A stretch of 64,000 bases of DNA from Verrucomicrobiota bacterium (lineage in GTDB: Bacteria > Verrucomicrobiota > Verrucomicrobiia > Limisphaerales > UBA11358). The stretch is taken from the NCBI GenBank assembly GCA_049509875.1, contig JBEKZM010000002.1:115727-179726 (forward strand), given 5' to 3'. The notes beneath the pieces are model-generated. The model did no database searches. It was not told the origin of the DNA and worked only from the letters and a program-made list of their open reading frames with translations. This document shows, one piece after another, positions 47,893 to 57,938 of this stretch. Position numbers and translations under genes: made by a program. Every line of letters starts with the position of its first letter. Within the stretch, counting starts at the first letter, position 1.

Positions 47893-49653
47893 ATGAAACC
47901 TAACGGCCGCAAGCCCACCGCCCCCGCAACGCAATTGCCCAAGTGCCCGACGGGCATCCAAGGTCTCGACGAAATCACCGGCGGCGGATTGCCCCGCGGG
48001 CGGCCCACGCTGGTCTGCGGTGGCGCGGGGTGCGGCAAGACGCTGTTGGCCGCGGAATTTCTTGTGCGCGGCGCGGTGCAGTTTAATGAACCGGGCGTGT
48101 TGATGGCCTTCGAAGAGACGGAACAGGAGTTGAAGGCCAACGTGGCGTCGCTCGGCTTTGATCTGGAGGGCTTGGTCCGGCGCAAAAAGATCGTGATGGA
48201 TTACGTTCATATCGAGGCGAGTGAAGTTCATGAAAGCGGCGAATATGACCTGGAAGGACTGTTTGTCCGGCTCAGTTGCGCGATTGACTCCATCGGGGCC
48301 AAGCGCGTGGTGCTCGACACGCTGGAAGTGCTGTTTGCCAGCCTGCCCAATGAAGTGATTCTGCGCAGCGAATTGCGCCGGCTCTTCCGCTGGCTCAAGG
48401 ACAAGGGCGTCACGGCCGTCATCACGGCCGAGCGCGGACGCGAATCCCTGACGCGCCACGGGCTGGAAGAATACGTGTCCGACTGCGTCATCCTGCTCGA
48501 TCATCGCGTGAGCGACCACATTGCCACGCGGCATCTGCGCGTGGTAAAATATCGCGGCGCCCAGCACGGCACCAACGAATTTCCCTTTCTCATCGGCGAC
48601 TGCGGCATCAGCGTGCTGCCCATCACGTCGCTGGCGCTCAACCACCAGGTTTCCACCGGACGGATTGCCACCGGCATCCCCCGGCTCGACGCGATGCTGG
48701 GTGGAAAAGGATTTTTCCGGGGCAGGAGCATTTTGCTCACGGGCACTGCGGGCACAGGCAAGACGATCATTTCGTCCAACTTTGCGCACGCTGCCAGCGC
48801 GCGCGGGGAGCGGGTGCTCTTCTTTTCGTTCGAAGAATCGCCGAACCAGATCATCCGCAACATGCACTCCATCGGCTTGCGCCTGGAGCCGCTGGTGAAA
48901 CGCGGACGGCTGCGGTTTCATTCGCAGCGGCCCTCGCTCTGCGGCCTGGAAATGCATCTGGCGACGATGTTCAAGGAGATCGAGGCATTCGACCCCCAAG
49001 TGGTCATCGTGGATCCCATTACGAGCCTCATGGACTTGGGCAGCATCTCCGAGGGCAAGGGCATGGTAACGCGGCTGATTGATTATTTGAAAGCCGGCCA
49101 GGTCACCTCGCTATTCACCAGCCTCACGCAGGGCGGCCACGCACTGCAACAAAGTGAAGGCGGCATGTCCTCGCTCATGGACGCGTGGATTTTATTGCAG
49201 GACTTCGAAGGCAATGGCGAGCGCAACCGCGTGCTCTATGTGCTCAAGGCGCGCGGCATGAAGCACTCGAACCAAATCCGCGAGTTCTTGATTTCGGATC
49301 ATGGCATTGACGTGGTGGACGCCTACATCGGGGCCAGCGGCGTGTTGACCGGTTCGGCGCGCGCGGCGCAAGGGGCGCTCGAAAAAGCCGGCATGCTGGC
49401 CAGCCAGCAGCAAGCTGCCCAGCTCAAGCGCGAAGTGGAGCGCAAGCGCGAGGCGATCGAACGGCAGATCATCGGCCTGCGCGCCGATTACGAAACCGAA
49501 GCCGAGGAACTGCGGCGCATGGCCGAACAGGTCGGAACCAGCATGCGCATGCGCACCACCGAACGGACGGCCTCTGGCATCTTGCGCCAGGCGGATGCCA
49601 TGGTCGCGGTACACCCTCGCAGCCGCTCTCTAAACGGAACCGAAAATTCATGA
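47893..49653 (+). CDS. kaiC: KaiC-family ATPase/autokinase
   Basis: Two RecA-like domains (GGAGCGKT, GTAGTGKT), FEE motifs, KARGMKHSNQIREF, SS at the phospho-site position. Confidence 0.93.
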   Translation: MKPNGRKPTAPATQLPKCPTGIQGLDEITGGGLPRGRPTLVCGGAGCGKTLLAAEFLVRGAVQFNEPGVLMAFEETEQELKANVASLGFDLEGLVRRKKIVMDYVHIEASEVHESGEYDLEGLFVRLSCAIDSIGAKRVVLDTLEVLFASLPNEVILRSELRRLFRWLKDKGVTAVITAERGRESLTRHGLEEYVSDCVILLDHRVSDHIATRHLRVVKYRGAQHGTNEFPFLIGDCGISVLPITSLALNHQVSTGRIATGIPRLDAMLGGKGFFRGRSILLTGTAGTGKTIISSNFAHAASARGERVLFFSFEESPNQIIRNMHSIGLRLEPLVKRGRLRFHSQRPSLCGLEMHLATMFKEIEAFDPQVVIVDPITSLMDLGSISEGKGMVTRLIDYLKAGQVTSLFTSLTQGGHALQQSEGGMSSLMDAWILLQDFEGNGERNRVLYVLKARGMKHSNQIREFLISDHGIDVVDAYIGASGVLTGSARAAQGALEKAGMLASQQQAAQLKREVERKREAIERQIIGLRADYETEAEELRRMAEQVGTSMRMRTTERTASGILRQADAMVAVHPRSRSLNGTENS

Positions 49654-49979
49654 AAACAAAAAAGGTTGACCCGCGCGCCACGACCGGGCCGCGCACGCTG
49701 ACCAAGCCCTGGCAACTGCGCCTTTATGTGGTGGACTCAACCTCCAAATCGCAGGCGGCCCTGGCGAACCTGAAACAGTTTTGCGAAACCCACCTCAAAG
49801 GCCGCTACCGGATTACGGTGATTGATTTGTTGAAGCAGCCGCAATTGGCCAAAGGCGATCAGATCCTTGCCATTCCCACCGTGGTGCGCCGGTTGCCGAG
49901 GCCCGTGCGCACCATCATCGGCAATCTTTCCGATGTCGGGCACCTGCTGGTCGGCTTGGATTTGCGGCCGGCCGCGTAA
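49650..49979 (+). CDS. kaiB: KaiB-family protein
   Basis: LRLYV...IDLLKQPQLA...ILAIPT...P.P.R.IIGNLSD. Confidence 0.9.
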   Translation: MKTKKVDPRATTGPRTLTKPWQLRLYVVDSTSKSQAALANLKQFCETHLKGRYRITVIDLLKQPQLAKGDQILAIPTVVRRLPRPVRTIIGNLSDVGHLLVGLDLRPAA

Positions 49980-49984
49980 CTGGA

Positions 49985-50347
49985 ATGAAATCTCCGAAAC
50001 CAAAGCCGGACCGCCACGCGATGCGGCCGGGGCGGAAAATCGTGGCGGCGCAGCCCGCCGACAAACATGTCTTGCGCCTGTTCGTGGCGGGAGCCACGGC
50101 CCGGTCACGTCAGGCCATTCTCTGCGTCCGTGAATTGTGCGCCATCAAATTGAAGGATCAATCCGATCTGGAAGTGATTGACATCTATCAGCAGCCCGCC
50201 TTGGCCCGCGCCAACCAGATTGTCGCGACCCCGACGCTTATCATCGAGTTTCCGCCGCCGCTGCGCCGATTCATCGGCAACTTGACGAACATCACCGGCC
50301 TCTTGGTCGAACCGGACTTAGCCAAGAAAGTTAAAACCACCATTTGA
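49985..50347 (+). CDS. kaiB: Second KaiB-family protein
   Basis: LRLFVAG, IDIYQQP.LA...IVATPTL...PPPLRRFIGNL. Confidence 0.88.
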   Translation: MKSPKPKPDRHAMRPGRKIVAAQPADKHVLRLFVAGATARSRQAILCVRELCAIKLKDQSDLEVIDIYQQPALARANQIVATPTLIIEFPPPLRRFIGNLTNITGLLVEPDLAKKVKTTI

Positions 50348-51546
50348 AAACCATCCACCCAGAATGGCCCGCGCCGCCCGGCCGACACACCGGCCTCCGC
50401 GCGCGTCTGGCGGTGGCGGAGGAAACGCTTCGCGCCATCCGCGGTGGCGAGGTGGACTCGGTGATGGTCGCGGGCAAGGAGGGTTCGCAAGTGTTCACGC
50501 TGGACGGCGCCGAATCTGCCTACCGCGTGCTCATCGAATCGATGAACGAAGGAGCGTTGATGTTGACGGCTGACCAGACGATTCTTTACGCTAACCAGTG
50601 TTTCGCCCGAATGGTCAAACGCCCTCTGGAGCAGGTCATCGGCGGCTCTTTTCGCCGCTTTCTCTCCACCGAGAACGCGGCCGCGCTGCGACTGCTCCTG
50701 CAACGGACCGTTTCCTCGAGCGCCAAAATCCAAGTGCTCCTTGAGGCAGGCGATGGTTCACAAATGCCGGGGCTCCTCTCGATTAGTCCGCTGGCGCGGA
50801 ATGGATTCAAAAGGGTGACCTTCGGAATCGTGGTGACTGACATGACCGAGGCCCGGCGAAGCGAGGAATTGCTACGCACCTTGACGCAACGCGTGGTGCA
50901 GGCACAGGAGGCTGAGCGCGGGCGCGTGGCGCTCGAATTGCACGACACCATCACGCAGATGCTTTGCGCCGTTCTGGTTCGCAGCCAGACGCTGGCGGAC
51001 CAACTTCCAGCACGCAACCGGCCGGCGAAGGGCGAAGCCATAAAACTCCACGAGATCATAGGCAGGACGGTCGAGGAAGTGGAACGAATCTCGCATAATC
51101 TGCGCCCGAGCCTATTGGATCATCTGGGCCTGGTCGCTGGTCTGCACGACACCAGCACCGACTTTGCGAATCGGACGGGCGTGTCAGTCAAGTTGATCTG
51201 CGTGAAATTAACCGCGCGACTGCCTGCCGACACCGAGCTGGCGCTCTATCGCATTCTTCAGGAAGCCTTAAAAAACGTGGAGAAGCACGCGCGGGCGCGT
51301 CGTGTCGCGGTGCACCTGACGAAGGCGGGCGACATGGTGCAGTTGACGATCAATGACGACGGGATGGGCTTCGACCCAAATCATCAGCCGGCCAGAAGGA
51401 AAGGAACACGCGGCTTTGGTCTGCTCGGCATGCGTGAGCGAGCAGCTTACGTGGGTGGCACCTTAAAGGTGAAATCCTTCCGCGGCGCCGGCACAGAAAT
51501 TGAGATCCGCGTTCCACTGCCGCCAGAGGTCACGGTGGCCAACTGA
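50344..51546 (+). CDS. PAS-domain sensor histidine kinase (HisKA_3/NarX-like)
   Basis: ERGRVALELHD, LRPSLLD, QEALKNVEKHA, DDGMGF, GLLGMRER; TTG start. Confidence 0.9.
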   Translation: MKTIHPEWPAPPGRHTGLRARLAVAEETLRAIRGGEVDSVMVAGKEGSQVFTLDGAESAYRVLIESMNEGALMLTADQTILYANQCFARMVKRPLEQVIGGSFRRFLSTENAAALRLLLQRTVSSSAKIQVLLEAGDGSQMPGLLSISPLARNGFKRVTFGIVVTDMTEARRSEELLRTLTQRVVQAQEAERGRVALELHDTITQMLCAVLVRSQTLADQLPARNRPAKGEAIKLHEIIGRTVEEVERISHNLRPSLLDHLGLVAGLHDTSTDFANRTGVSVKLICVKLTARLPADTELALYRILQEALKNVEKHARARRVAVHLTKAGDMVQLTINDDGMGFDPNHQPARRKGTRGFGLLGMRERAAYVGGTLKVKSFRGAGTEIEIRVPLPPEVTVAN

Positions 51547-51673
51547 ACAAGAGCATTTCGACCGGCGCTGGCGGACGGCAAAGTGTACACCAACGCCAAG
51601 CTGTCTCGTCATATGGGGGGGGACTGTGTTGACTCCTCACGTCGTGCGCTACAATGGCCGGGGATGCCATTTC

Positions 51674-52996
51674 TCACAGGCCCTTGACTTCCCAACCCGG
51701 GCGGTAGCTGCGCCGGAGGTGCTGATTGGCCTCGGCCAGGTCGAATTTCATCTTGCGGCTGTGCCAGGCGAGGGTGGTCTGCGGGAACCGCGAGGCGATG
51801 CCGCCGAGCAGGATGGTCTCGGTGAGCGGCCCGGCGTAGGCAAAGTCGGCCGTGGTCTTGTCCTCGCCGCGGCAGGCGTCGATGAACTGGCCCCAGTGCT
51901 TGAGGCCGGTGAGGTGCGGGTATTTGAAATCCTTGAACTGGTTCCGCGGATACAGCGTGGGGCGCTCATAATGCGGCAGCAACATCACGCCTGACGTGCC
52001 GATGAAGATGGAGCCGGCGCTGGCAGGATAATCACCCTCCACCAAGGCAATGACGTCGTCCGGGGGCTTGGCGGCGCCGTCATACCAGGTGACGGGCAGC
52101 GTGCGGGTGTCGGTATGGCGCGTGCCGGGGAAAGTGTAAAGCACCCGTCCATCGAGCGCCCAGTTCCAGGCGTTGGGCGCCGGGCCTTCGGAGCGGACCT
52201 TTTCCGGCGCAGTCAGGCCAAGGCCGCCGAATACGGGGTCGAAGATATGGCAGCCCATGTCGCCGAGGGTGCCGGTGCCGAAGTCGAGGCGCTTGCGCCA
52301 ATTGCCGGGATGATAATAGTTGTCGCCGATGAAGGGCCGTTCGGCGCAGACGCCCAGCCAAAGGTTCCAATCAAAGCCCTCCGGCACCGGGTCCGCCCGA
52401 TCCGGCCGCAGGCCGGGGTCGCCCCAAGACTTGTTGCACCAGGAATGCACCGCCTTGACTTTGCCGATGACCTCGTCCTGCAACAGCCGGACGGCGATGC
52501 GATAATAGACGTCCGAGTGGATTTGGATGCCCATTTGCGTGACCAATCTTTTTTCGTGCGCCAGCCGGGCCAGGCGGCGCACTTCGTGAATCTCATGGGC
52601 CAGCGGCTTCTGGCCGTAGACGTGTTTGCCCAGTTGCATGGCGCTCACGGCGATGGGCGCGTGCATGTGGTCCGGCGTGGAGACGTTGACCGAGTCAACG
52701 TTGTTTGCCTCCCGGTCGAGCAGTTCGCGCCAGTCCTGATAAAAGCGCGCGTTCGGAAATTGTTTCTTCGCGTCGCCCAGGTGGCTGAGGTCCACATCGC
52801 AGACGGCCACGATGTCCACGTTGGGGCAATTGGCGATCTGCGTGAGATCGGCCCAGGCCATGCCGCCCGCGCCGAAGCTCGCGTGGCGCACCCGACGGCT
52901 GGGCGGATTGGCCAGGAGCTGCGACGTGACGAACGGAAAGGCGAGGGCCGCCGCGCCGAGTCCTTTCAGAAACGCGCGGCGGGAGGGACGATGCAT
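51674..52996 (-). CDS. Tat-exported Gfo/Idh/MocA oxidoreductase
   Basis: SRRAFLK Tat motif, STPDHMH, YGQKPL, GDMGCH. Confidence 0.9.
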   Translation of the reverse strand: MHRPSRRAFLKGLGAAALAFPFVTSQLLANPPSRRVRHASFGAGGMAWADLTQIANCPNVDIVAVCDVDLSHLGDAKKQFPNARFYQDWRELLDREANNVDSVNVSTPDHMHAPIAVSAMQLGKHVYGQKPLAHEIHEVRRLARLAHEKRLVTQMGIQIHSDVYYRIAVRLLQDEVIGKVKAVHSWCNKSWGDPGLRPDRADPVPEGFDWNLWLGVCAERPFIGDNYYHPGNWRKRLDFGTGTLGDMGCHIFDPVFGGLGLTAPEKVRSEGPAPNAWNWALDGRVLYTFPGTRHTDTRTLPVTWYDGAAKPPDDVIALVEGDYPASAGSIFIGTSGVMLLPHYERPTLYPRNQFKDFKYPHLTGLKHWGQFIDACRGEDKTTADFAYAGPLTETILLGGIASRFPQTTLAWHSRKMKFDLAEANQHLRRSYRPGWEVKGL

Positions 52997-53054
52997 CCTG
53001 CCATTGTTCTTGGGGCCAATCACAAATTGCCGCTGCACACGAATGTCCTGTTCC

Positions 53055-53088
53055 CCCTCACCCAAACCCTCTCCCCCAGGGAGCGGGC
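53055..53088. repeat. CCCTCACCC...CCCTCTCCC REP-like repeat
   Basis: Same family as the cluster at 59813-60384. Confidence 0.6.
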
Positions 53089-53193
53089 TTTCACGCTCAC
53101 TGTTTTGGAACAAACGTCGCCAGCCGCCGGTTCGGCCGGCCTGCGGAACAAGAGCAGTGTCCCGACACGATTGCGATAGAGGGTGAATCGGAT

Positions 53194-54561
53194 TCATAGC
53201 GGCTTGATGGTGATGTCGCGGAACATCACCGGGTCATTGTGGCCGGCGAAACCGAAGTGGCCGCTGGTGCGGTCCTTGCCCGGATGCGCCATGTTATGCA
53301 GGAAGTCGGTGACGCCGCTCAAGTCAGCGTCGAGGATTTGCGTGCCGTTCAACTCCACCTTGATGGTGGGGCCAACGACGGTGACTTCCTCGTAATTCCA
53401 TTCGCCGATGGGATGCTGGTAGCCGCGCAACGCCGCCACCATGCCGTAGGCCGAACCGTGCGCCTGGCGCGGGTCGATCTGCTCGCCGGTGGCCTGCTCG
53501 TAATGGTCGTCCAGCACCTGGCTTTCGCACATGCCCATGTAGGCGGTGTCGCCGTAGCCGGGATAGCGGATGGCCAGGCCATTGTTGCCGCCGGGCGGGA
53601 GCTTGAATTCGAGCCGCGCGACAAAGTTCGTGTATTCCGCCTGCGTGTAAATCGTGCCGCCCTTATTCCGCTGCCAGATGATGGCCGAGTTGGTGATGGC
53701 GCAGCAATCAAGCGGGCCGGCCCAGCCGGTGAAATCCTTGCCGTTGAAGACCGACTCAAATCCCCGGGGATCGGCGCCGCGGAGGAGCTGGTCCGCCTCG
53801 TCGCTGCCGATATCGCGAAGGAACAGATTGCGCCAGCGGATTTCGCCGCCGTGCGTCTGCAACTGGATGGGCCCGCGCGGCGGCACGGGCAGCTTGCGGT
53901 CGTAATAGTTTTCCAGCACCGCGCCGTTGACGGTTTGCTTTCCATTCAGCCATACCCAAACCCGGGAGCCAGCCATGACCACGCGGACATGGTTCCACTG
54001 GCCGAACGGCTTGTCCGCCAGCACCAGCGGGTCTTTGCCCGGCGCGCCGGGGGAATTATTCCACAGGCCGCCGCTGCCCTTGTCCGCGCCGAGGTCCCAC
54101 TTGCCGCCAGCCTTGGTGTAATCCCAAATCTGCACCTGGGGACAACCGCGCAGATAAATGCCGCTGTCGGCCAGCGGCACGGTTTTGTAATCCACCAGCA
54201 GCTCAAAGTCGCCGTAGTATTTGTCCGTTGTGAGATAAAGGCCCTGGCCGTCGTTGACAAGTTCGCCGTTCTGCACGGACCAGTGCTGGCGGATATCTTC
54301 GAGGCTGGCGTCATGCTTCTTCTGAAAATCCGCGGACGAGAGAGCCATATAAGCGCGCGGGTCCTCGGTGGTGGCACCCCACCAACCGGCAAGGTCGGTG
54401 CCGTTGAACAGGGCGGTGAAGCCCGGTGCCGGCGTGTTGGCGGTGCGGCAGAACGGGCAGCCGGTCTGGCAGCCGGCCAGCGTGGCGGCCAGCAGCGCGC
54501 CCGCCAGAGCGACGAACAAGTTCCGGAAGAAAGATGATTTCAGCATGCCCTCGCATTTCAT
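53194..54561 (-). CDS. Lipoprotein with two DUF1080 (3-keto-disaccharide hydrolase) domains
   Basis: LAGC lipobox; two LFNG.D..GW...DSG/NNG...GQWN/GEWN...H...FR domains. Confidence 0.88.
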   Translation of the reverse strand: MKCEGMLKSSFFRNLFVALAGALLAATLAGCQTGCPFCRTANTPAPGFTALFNGTDLAGWWGATTEDPRAYMALSSADFQKKHDASLEDIRQHWSVQNGELVNDGQGLYLTTDKYYGDFELLVDYKTVPLADSGIYLRGCPQVQIWDYTKAGGKWDLGADKGSGGLWNNSPGAPGKDPLVLADKPFGQWNHVRVVMAGSRVWVWLNGKQTVNGAVLENYYDRKLPVPPRGPIQLQTHGGEIRWRNLFLRDIGSDEADQLLRGADPRGFESVFNGKDFTGWAGPLDCCAITNSAIIWQRNKGGTIYTQAEYTNFVARLEFKLPPGGNNGLAIRYPGYGDTAYMGMCESQVLDDHYEQATGEQIDPRQAHGSAYGMVAALRGYQHPIGEWNYEEVTVVGPTIKVELNGTQILDADLSGVTDFLHNMAHPGKDRTSGHFGFAGHNDPVMFRDITIKPL

Positions 54562-54700
54562 AGGTGAAAAAATATTTGCAGGAAATGGGCGGGATGAACA
54601 TACCTAAATCTGGGGGGAGGGGGTTCGAAGGTTAAAGCGGAAAGCGCCACTTTCGTGCAAAAAAAAGGCTGCTCTGACTCGAATGCGGTGCGGGCGCGCG

Positions 54701-54821
54701 AAAGCGGTGTCGCCGCTGCGCCTTGCCACCGCAGTCCAAGACGTCGAGGGGTTTATGTGGTGTGTCGCAGTTCAGCGGAGCGCTTTGAACTGCGGCGGGA
54801 AGCGAAGCGCCACGCCGCTTT
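54701..54821. repeat. Inverted pair of REP-like palindromic repeats
   Basis: AAAGCGGTGTCGC...TTGCCACCGCAGTCCAA and inverted copy TTGAACTGCGG...GCCACGCCGCTTT; degenerate copy near 11426-11460. Confidence 0.65.
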
Positions 54822-55016
54822 TGTGCAGGCAATCCACCCGTGTGTTCGTGGCCGTCCCGCGCAGAGCAAATGCACCGCGGCCGCTGCGAAGCTCAGTTTC
54901 TCCCGGATTCGATCGCCACAAATCCGCCACACCCACGGTGCCACAAGGCAGCCACGGCGATAATCCTTGGCGGTAATTTGCGGGTCTGCTTTGCTGAAGG
55001 CCTAAAGGGCACACTT

Positions 55017-57938
55017 TCACCGTTCCTTGTCCGTGCGGCTCTTGGCGCGTTCGCGGGCTTTGCGCAGGGCGTCAAAGGTGGATTCGGCACTGGCCGTTTT
55101 TGCAGGCGCGGGCTGAGGCTGGGCGGTCCCGGCGGCCGGCGCCACGGAAACTGGCGGGGCGGATTTTGCCTTGGCCGCAACCGGCGCCGGCTTCTCCGGC
55201 CGGCGCTTGCGAACCAGCCACGGCTTGCCGGGGCGGGCCTCCTGCCGGGGAGATGCATCCTCTTGGCTTCGCACCGGCGGGGCGCCAGTGCCACTGCGCG
55301 CAGTCACGAATTTCGAGACCCAGCCGGTGCGCCGCTCGAAGACCTCCAGCAAAAAGAGAATCGCCGAGGCTACGAGCAGCCAGGGCGCCAGTTCAACATA
55401 GCGCGATTTCACCGGCAATTCGCTCCAGATTTTGGGGATTTCCACCCGGTCCTGGCCGCCCGTCCTGGCCGCGATTTCCGCCAGCGCCGCCGCGCCGCGG
55501 CCCGGCTGGTCCGGGGCATACTCCGGCGAATACGGCAGGCACACGGGCGGCAGCGTCACGGCGGCGGATGTGGCACGGGCATCCTGCCCATGCGTTTCGG
55601 TCCCCTCCCCTTGAACCGGCGGGACCGCGGTGGCTCTGATTTCCACCGTGTTCAAGACCGTTTCGCGGCCGGTGATCGGAATGGCGGCTTCCAGCAGATC
55701 GGCATTTTTCCACGCCAGCGGAACCGTGTTCTTGGTCGGCGGTGCGCCAGGCAGGCCGTGCAATACCTTCACGCGCGGCAGGCTGGAGAAGGGATCCGCC
55801 TTGCGTTCCGGGTCCAGATGCAGTTGCACAAAACAAACCCCGGCGCGAACCTCTTGGGCCAGGTACATGTCCTCCGGCAGCGACTGGTGTTTGCCGGCCA
55901 CCCAGCGCGCCAGCGTGGCGTAAAATTCCCCGGCCTGGTTCCATTTCGCCAGGTCGCCACTGTATTTTCCGTCCGCCTCGCCCAGATAGCACAGCACGCG
56001 CCCGTTGCCGGCGTTCCACGAGGCCACCACCGGCGCCTTGTATTCATCGCCGGTCACGGCGGCCAGATTCGCCTGCGGCCGGATATAACAAAGATTATAG
56101 CCGCCCAGCGATGGCGGGGCGGCCACCGGCTGCGAGCCCAGCAGCGAATAGCCCGCCGTGAACGAAAACGCCGTGGGCTGATCAATAAACGTGCTGCGCG
56201 CAATGGTGAACGTGTCCTGCGCAAAAATGCGCGGAATTTCATCGGGATTGTCGCTGAAATAGCAATCGCCGCCGCCGCGCCGCGCCAAGTCCTTGAGCAT
56301 GTTGGCGTCGCAATCGTGTTCGGTGCCCAGGCCCACCACGCTCACGGTCACATCGGCCTCGCGCAGTTTGCCGACAATCTCTTCATAGTGCGCCGATTGC
56401 TCGGCGTCAGCCGCATCCGAAAAGAGAATGATATGCCGGGTCTGCGCGTGGGCATGCTGAATCATGTCGGCGGAAGCCACCAGGGCGTCGTAAATATAAA
56501 TTCCGCCGCCCTCGGAACCGATCGACAGAATTTTTGAGCGGTAGCCTAGGTTATGCTCCACGGTGTCGAGCGGCACGATTTCGTGGGCCACGGTATCCAC
56601 CGCGAACACGCCGATTTCGTCCATGGGCGAAAGCAGGTCGAGCACCTGCACCGTGCCCAGATCGGCGAGGTCCATTTTGATGCGCCCGCCGCCGGCCGGC
56701 ATGGACATGCTGCCCGAGCGGTCCAGTGCCACCACCACGGCGACGTTCAATTTGCGATGCTCACGCCGCATTTCCATCGAAATGGGCATCACCCGCTCCA
56801 GCGGCGACTTGAAATAGCCACCCGGCCCGTAGGACTTCTGTCCGCCGGTCATCGCCAGGCCCGTGCCCGTTTGCTCGACCCAGGAAGCGAGCGTTTCCAT
56901 GCCGCTCATGCCAATCTGGCCGGCCGGCACGTTTTCCAATATCACCGCGGAATACTGTGAAAGATCCTCCAGCGACCAATTGCATAGCTGGGGCGTCCGA
57001 CCCACCACCTCCACCAAACCGCCGCGCAGCAGCTTCACCAGGCCGGAACTTTCTCCGGCGGACGAAACGATCAAGACCGGTTTGGCACCTTCCACCCCCA
57101 CCAGCGCGCGGGCGGTATTGTTCTCCGGCACGGGGTCGTCCTGCGCGCCCTGGATCGTCACCGTGTATTCGTTGACGCCCGCCTTGCCGGCGCGGTCGCG
57201 GAACATCAGGCGCGTCAGCCCGGCGGAAACCGTCTTGCTCCCTGAGGAAAGGATCGCGTCGCCGCGCCGCAATTGATATTGGAGGGTCTGGTCGGTGGGC
57301 GAGAGCACCCAGGCGCTGAGCACAAAGGCCTGGCCCGGCTGCACTGTCTGTGGCGTGAGAAAACTCTGAATCGCCACATCGCTCACCTGGGGCCGGGTGA
57401 TGAGGCGGTAATCGAGGGCCACACCGCGGCCAGCAGCGCGCGCCGACGCTGAAGCCGGGTCCCGGCCGGTCCATTTGCCATCGGACAGGACCAGCACGCG
57501 CCCGCCGCCATCCGCCGGAATCAATGACAGGGCGGATTCAATGCCATCGTTTAAACTCGAATGATCCGTGCCGACTTGGGCGGTGAAGCCGGCAAATTCC
57601 GTGCGCTGGGGCGGTTGCTCAACCACCGCGTCGCGGCCGAAGGACACCACCCCCAGTTGATCGCGCGGCCCCATGGACTTGTGGAGGAGGCTGATGATTT
57701 CTTTTTCCGAGGCGTCGGCAGTGGGCGGCATGGATTCGCTGCGGTCGGCCACCACCACCACGGTGCCCGCGCGGTCGGGCAGCTTTATGGCCAGTTGGGC
57801 CAGGGCGAGAACGGCCAGCAGGAAGACCAGCGCTCGCAGCAGTTTCAACCCGCGCGCCGGCAGCGGCCAGGCAAACCACGCCGTCGCCAGCGGAATCAGC
57901 ACCAGCAGCCAGACGGGTTGGAAGAAGGTGAGCATCAT
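55017..57938 (-). CDS. Large membrane protein with two VWA domains and a glutamine amidotransferase-like domain
   Basis: DRSESM and DRSGSM MIDAS motifs, LSDG, GGQKSYGPGGY. Confidence 0.85.
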   Translation of the reverse strand: MMLTFFQPVWLLVLIPLATAWFAWPLPARGLKLLRALVFLLAVLALAQLAIKLPDRAGTVVVVADRSESMPPTADASEKEIISLLHKSMGPRDQLGVVSFGRDAVVEQPPQRTEFAGFTAQVGTDHSSLNDGIESALSLIPADGGGRVLVLSDGKWTGRDPASASARAAGRGVALDYRLITRPQVSDVAIQSFLTPQTVQPGQAFVLSAWVLSPTDQTLQYQLRRGDAILSSGSKTVSAGLTRLMFRDRAGKAGVNEYTVTIQGAQDDPVPENNTARALVGVEGAKPVLIVSSAGESSGLVKLLRGGLVEVVGRTPQLCNWSLEDLSQYSAVILENVPAGQIGMSGMETLASWVEQTGTGLAMTGGQKSYGPGGYFKSPLERVMPISMEMRREHRKLNVAVVVALDRSGSMSMPAGGGRIKMDLADLGTVQVLDLLSPMDEIGVFAVDTVAHEIVPLDTVEHNLGYRSKILSIGSEGGGIYIYDALVASADMIQHAHAQTRHIILFSDAADAEQSAHYEEIVGKLREADVTVSVVGLGTEHDCDANMLKDLARRGGGDCYFSDNPDEIPRIFAQDTFTIARSTFIDQPTAFSFTAGYSLLGSQPVAAPPSLGGYNLCYIRPQANLAAVTGDEYKAPVVASWNAGNGRVLCYLGEADGKYSGDLAKWNQAGEFYATLARWVAGKHQSLPEDMYLAQEVRAGVCFVQLHLDPERKADPFSSLPRVKVLHGLPGAPPTKNTVPLAWKNADLLEAAIPITGRETVLNTVEIRATAVPPVQGEGTETHGQDARATSAAVTLPPVCLPYSPEYAPDQPGRGAAALAEIAARTGGQDRVEIPKIWSELPVKSRYVELAPWLLVASAILFLLEVFERRTGWVSKFVTARSGTGAPPVRSQEDASPRQEARPGKPWLVRKRRPEKPAPVAAKAKSAPPVSVAPAAGTAQPQPAPAKTASAESTFDALRKARERAKSRTDKER
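55570..55637. repeat. REP doublet lying in frame inside the VWA gene
   Basis: GTGGCACGGGCATCCTGCCCATG plus a degenerate inverted partner; another REP at 55271-55294. Confidence 0.6.

Noticed and set aside
52997-53197. N-terminal extension of the Gfo/Idh/MocA ORF
   Set aside because: Covers a REP-like repeat; the Tat signal starts at ATG 52996
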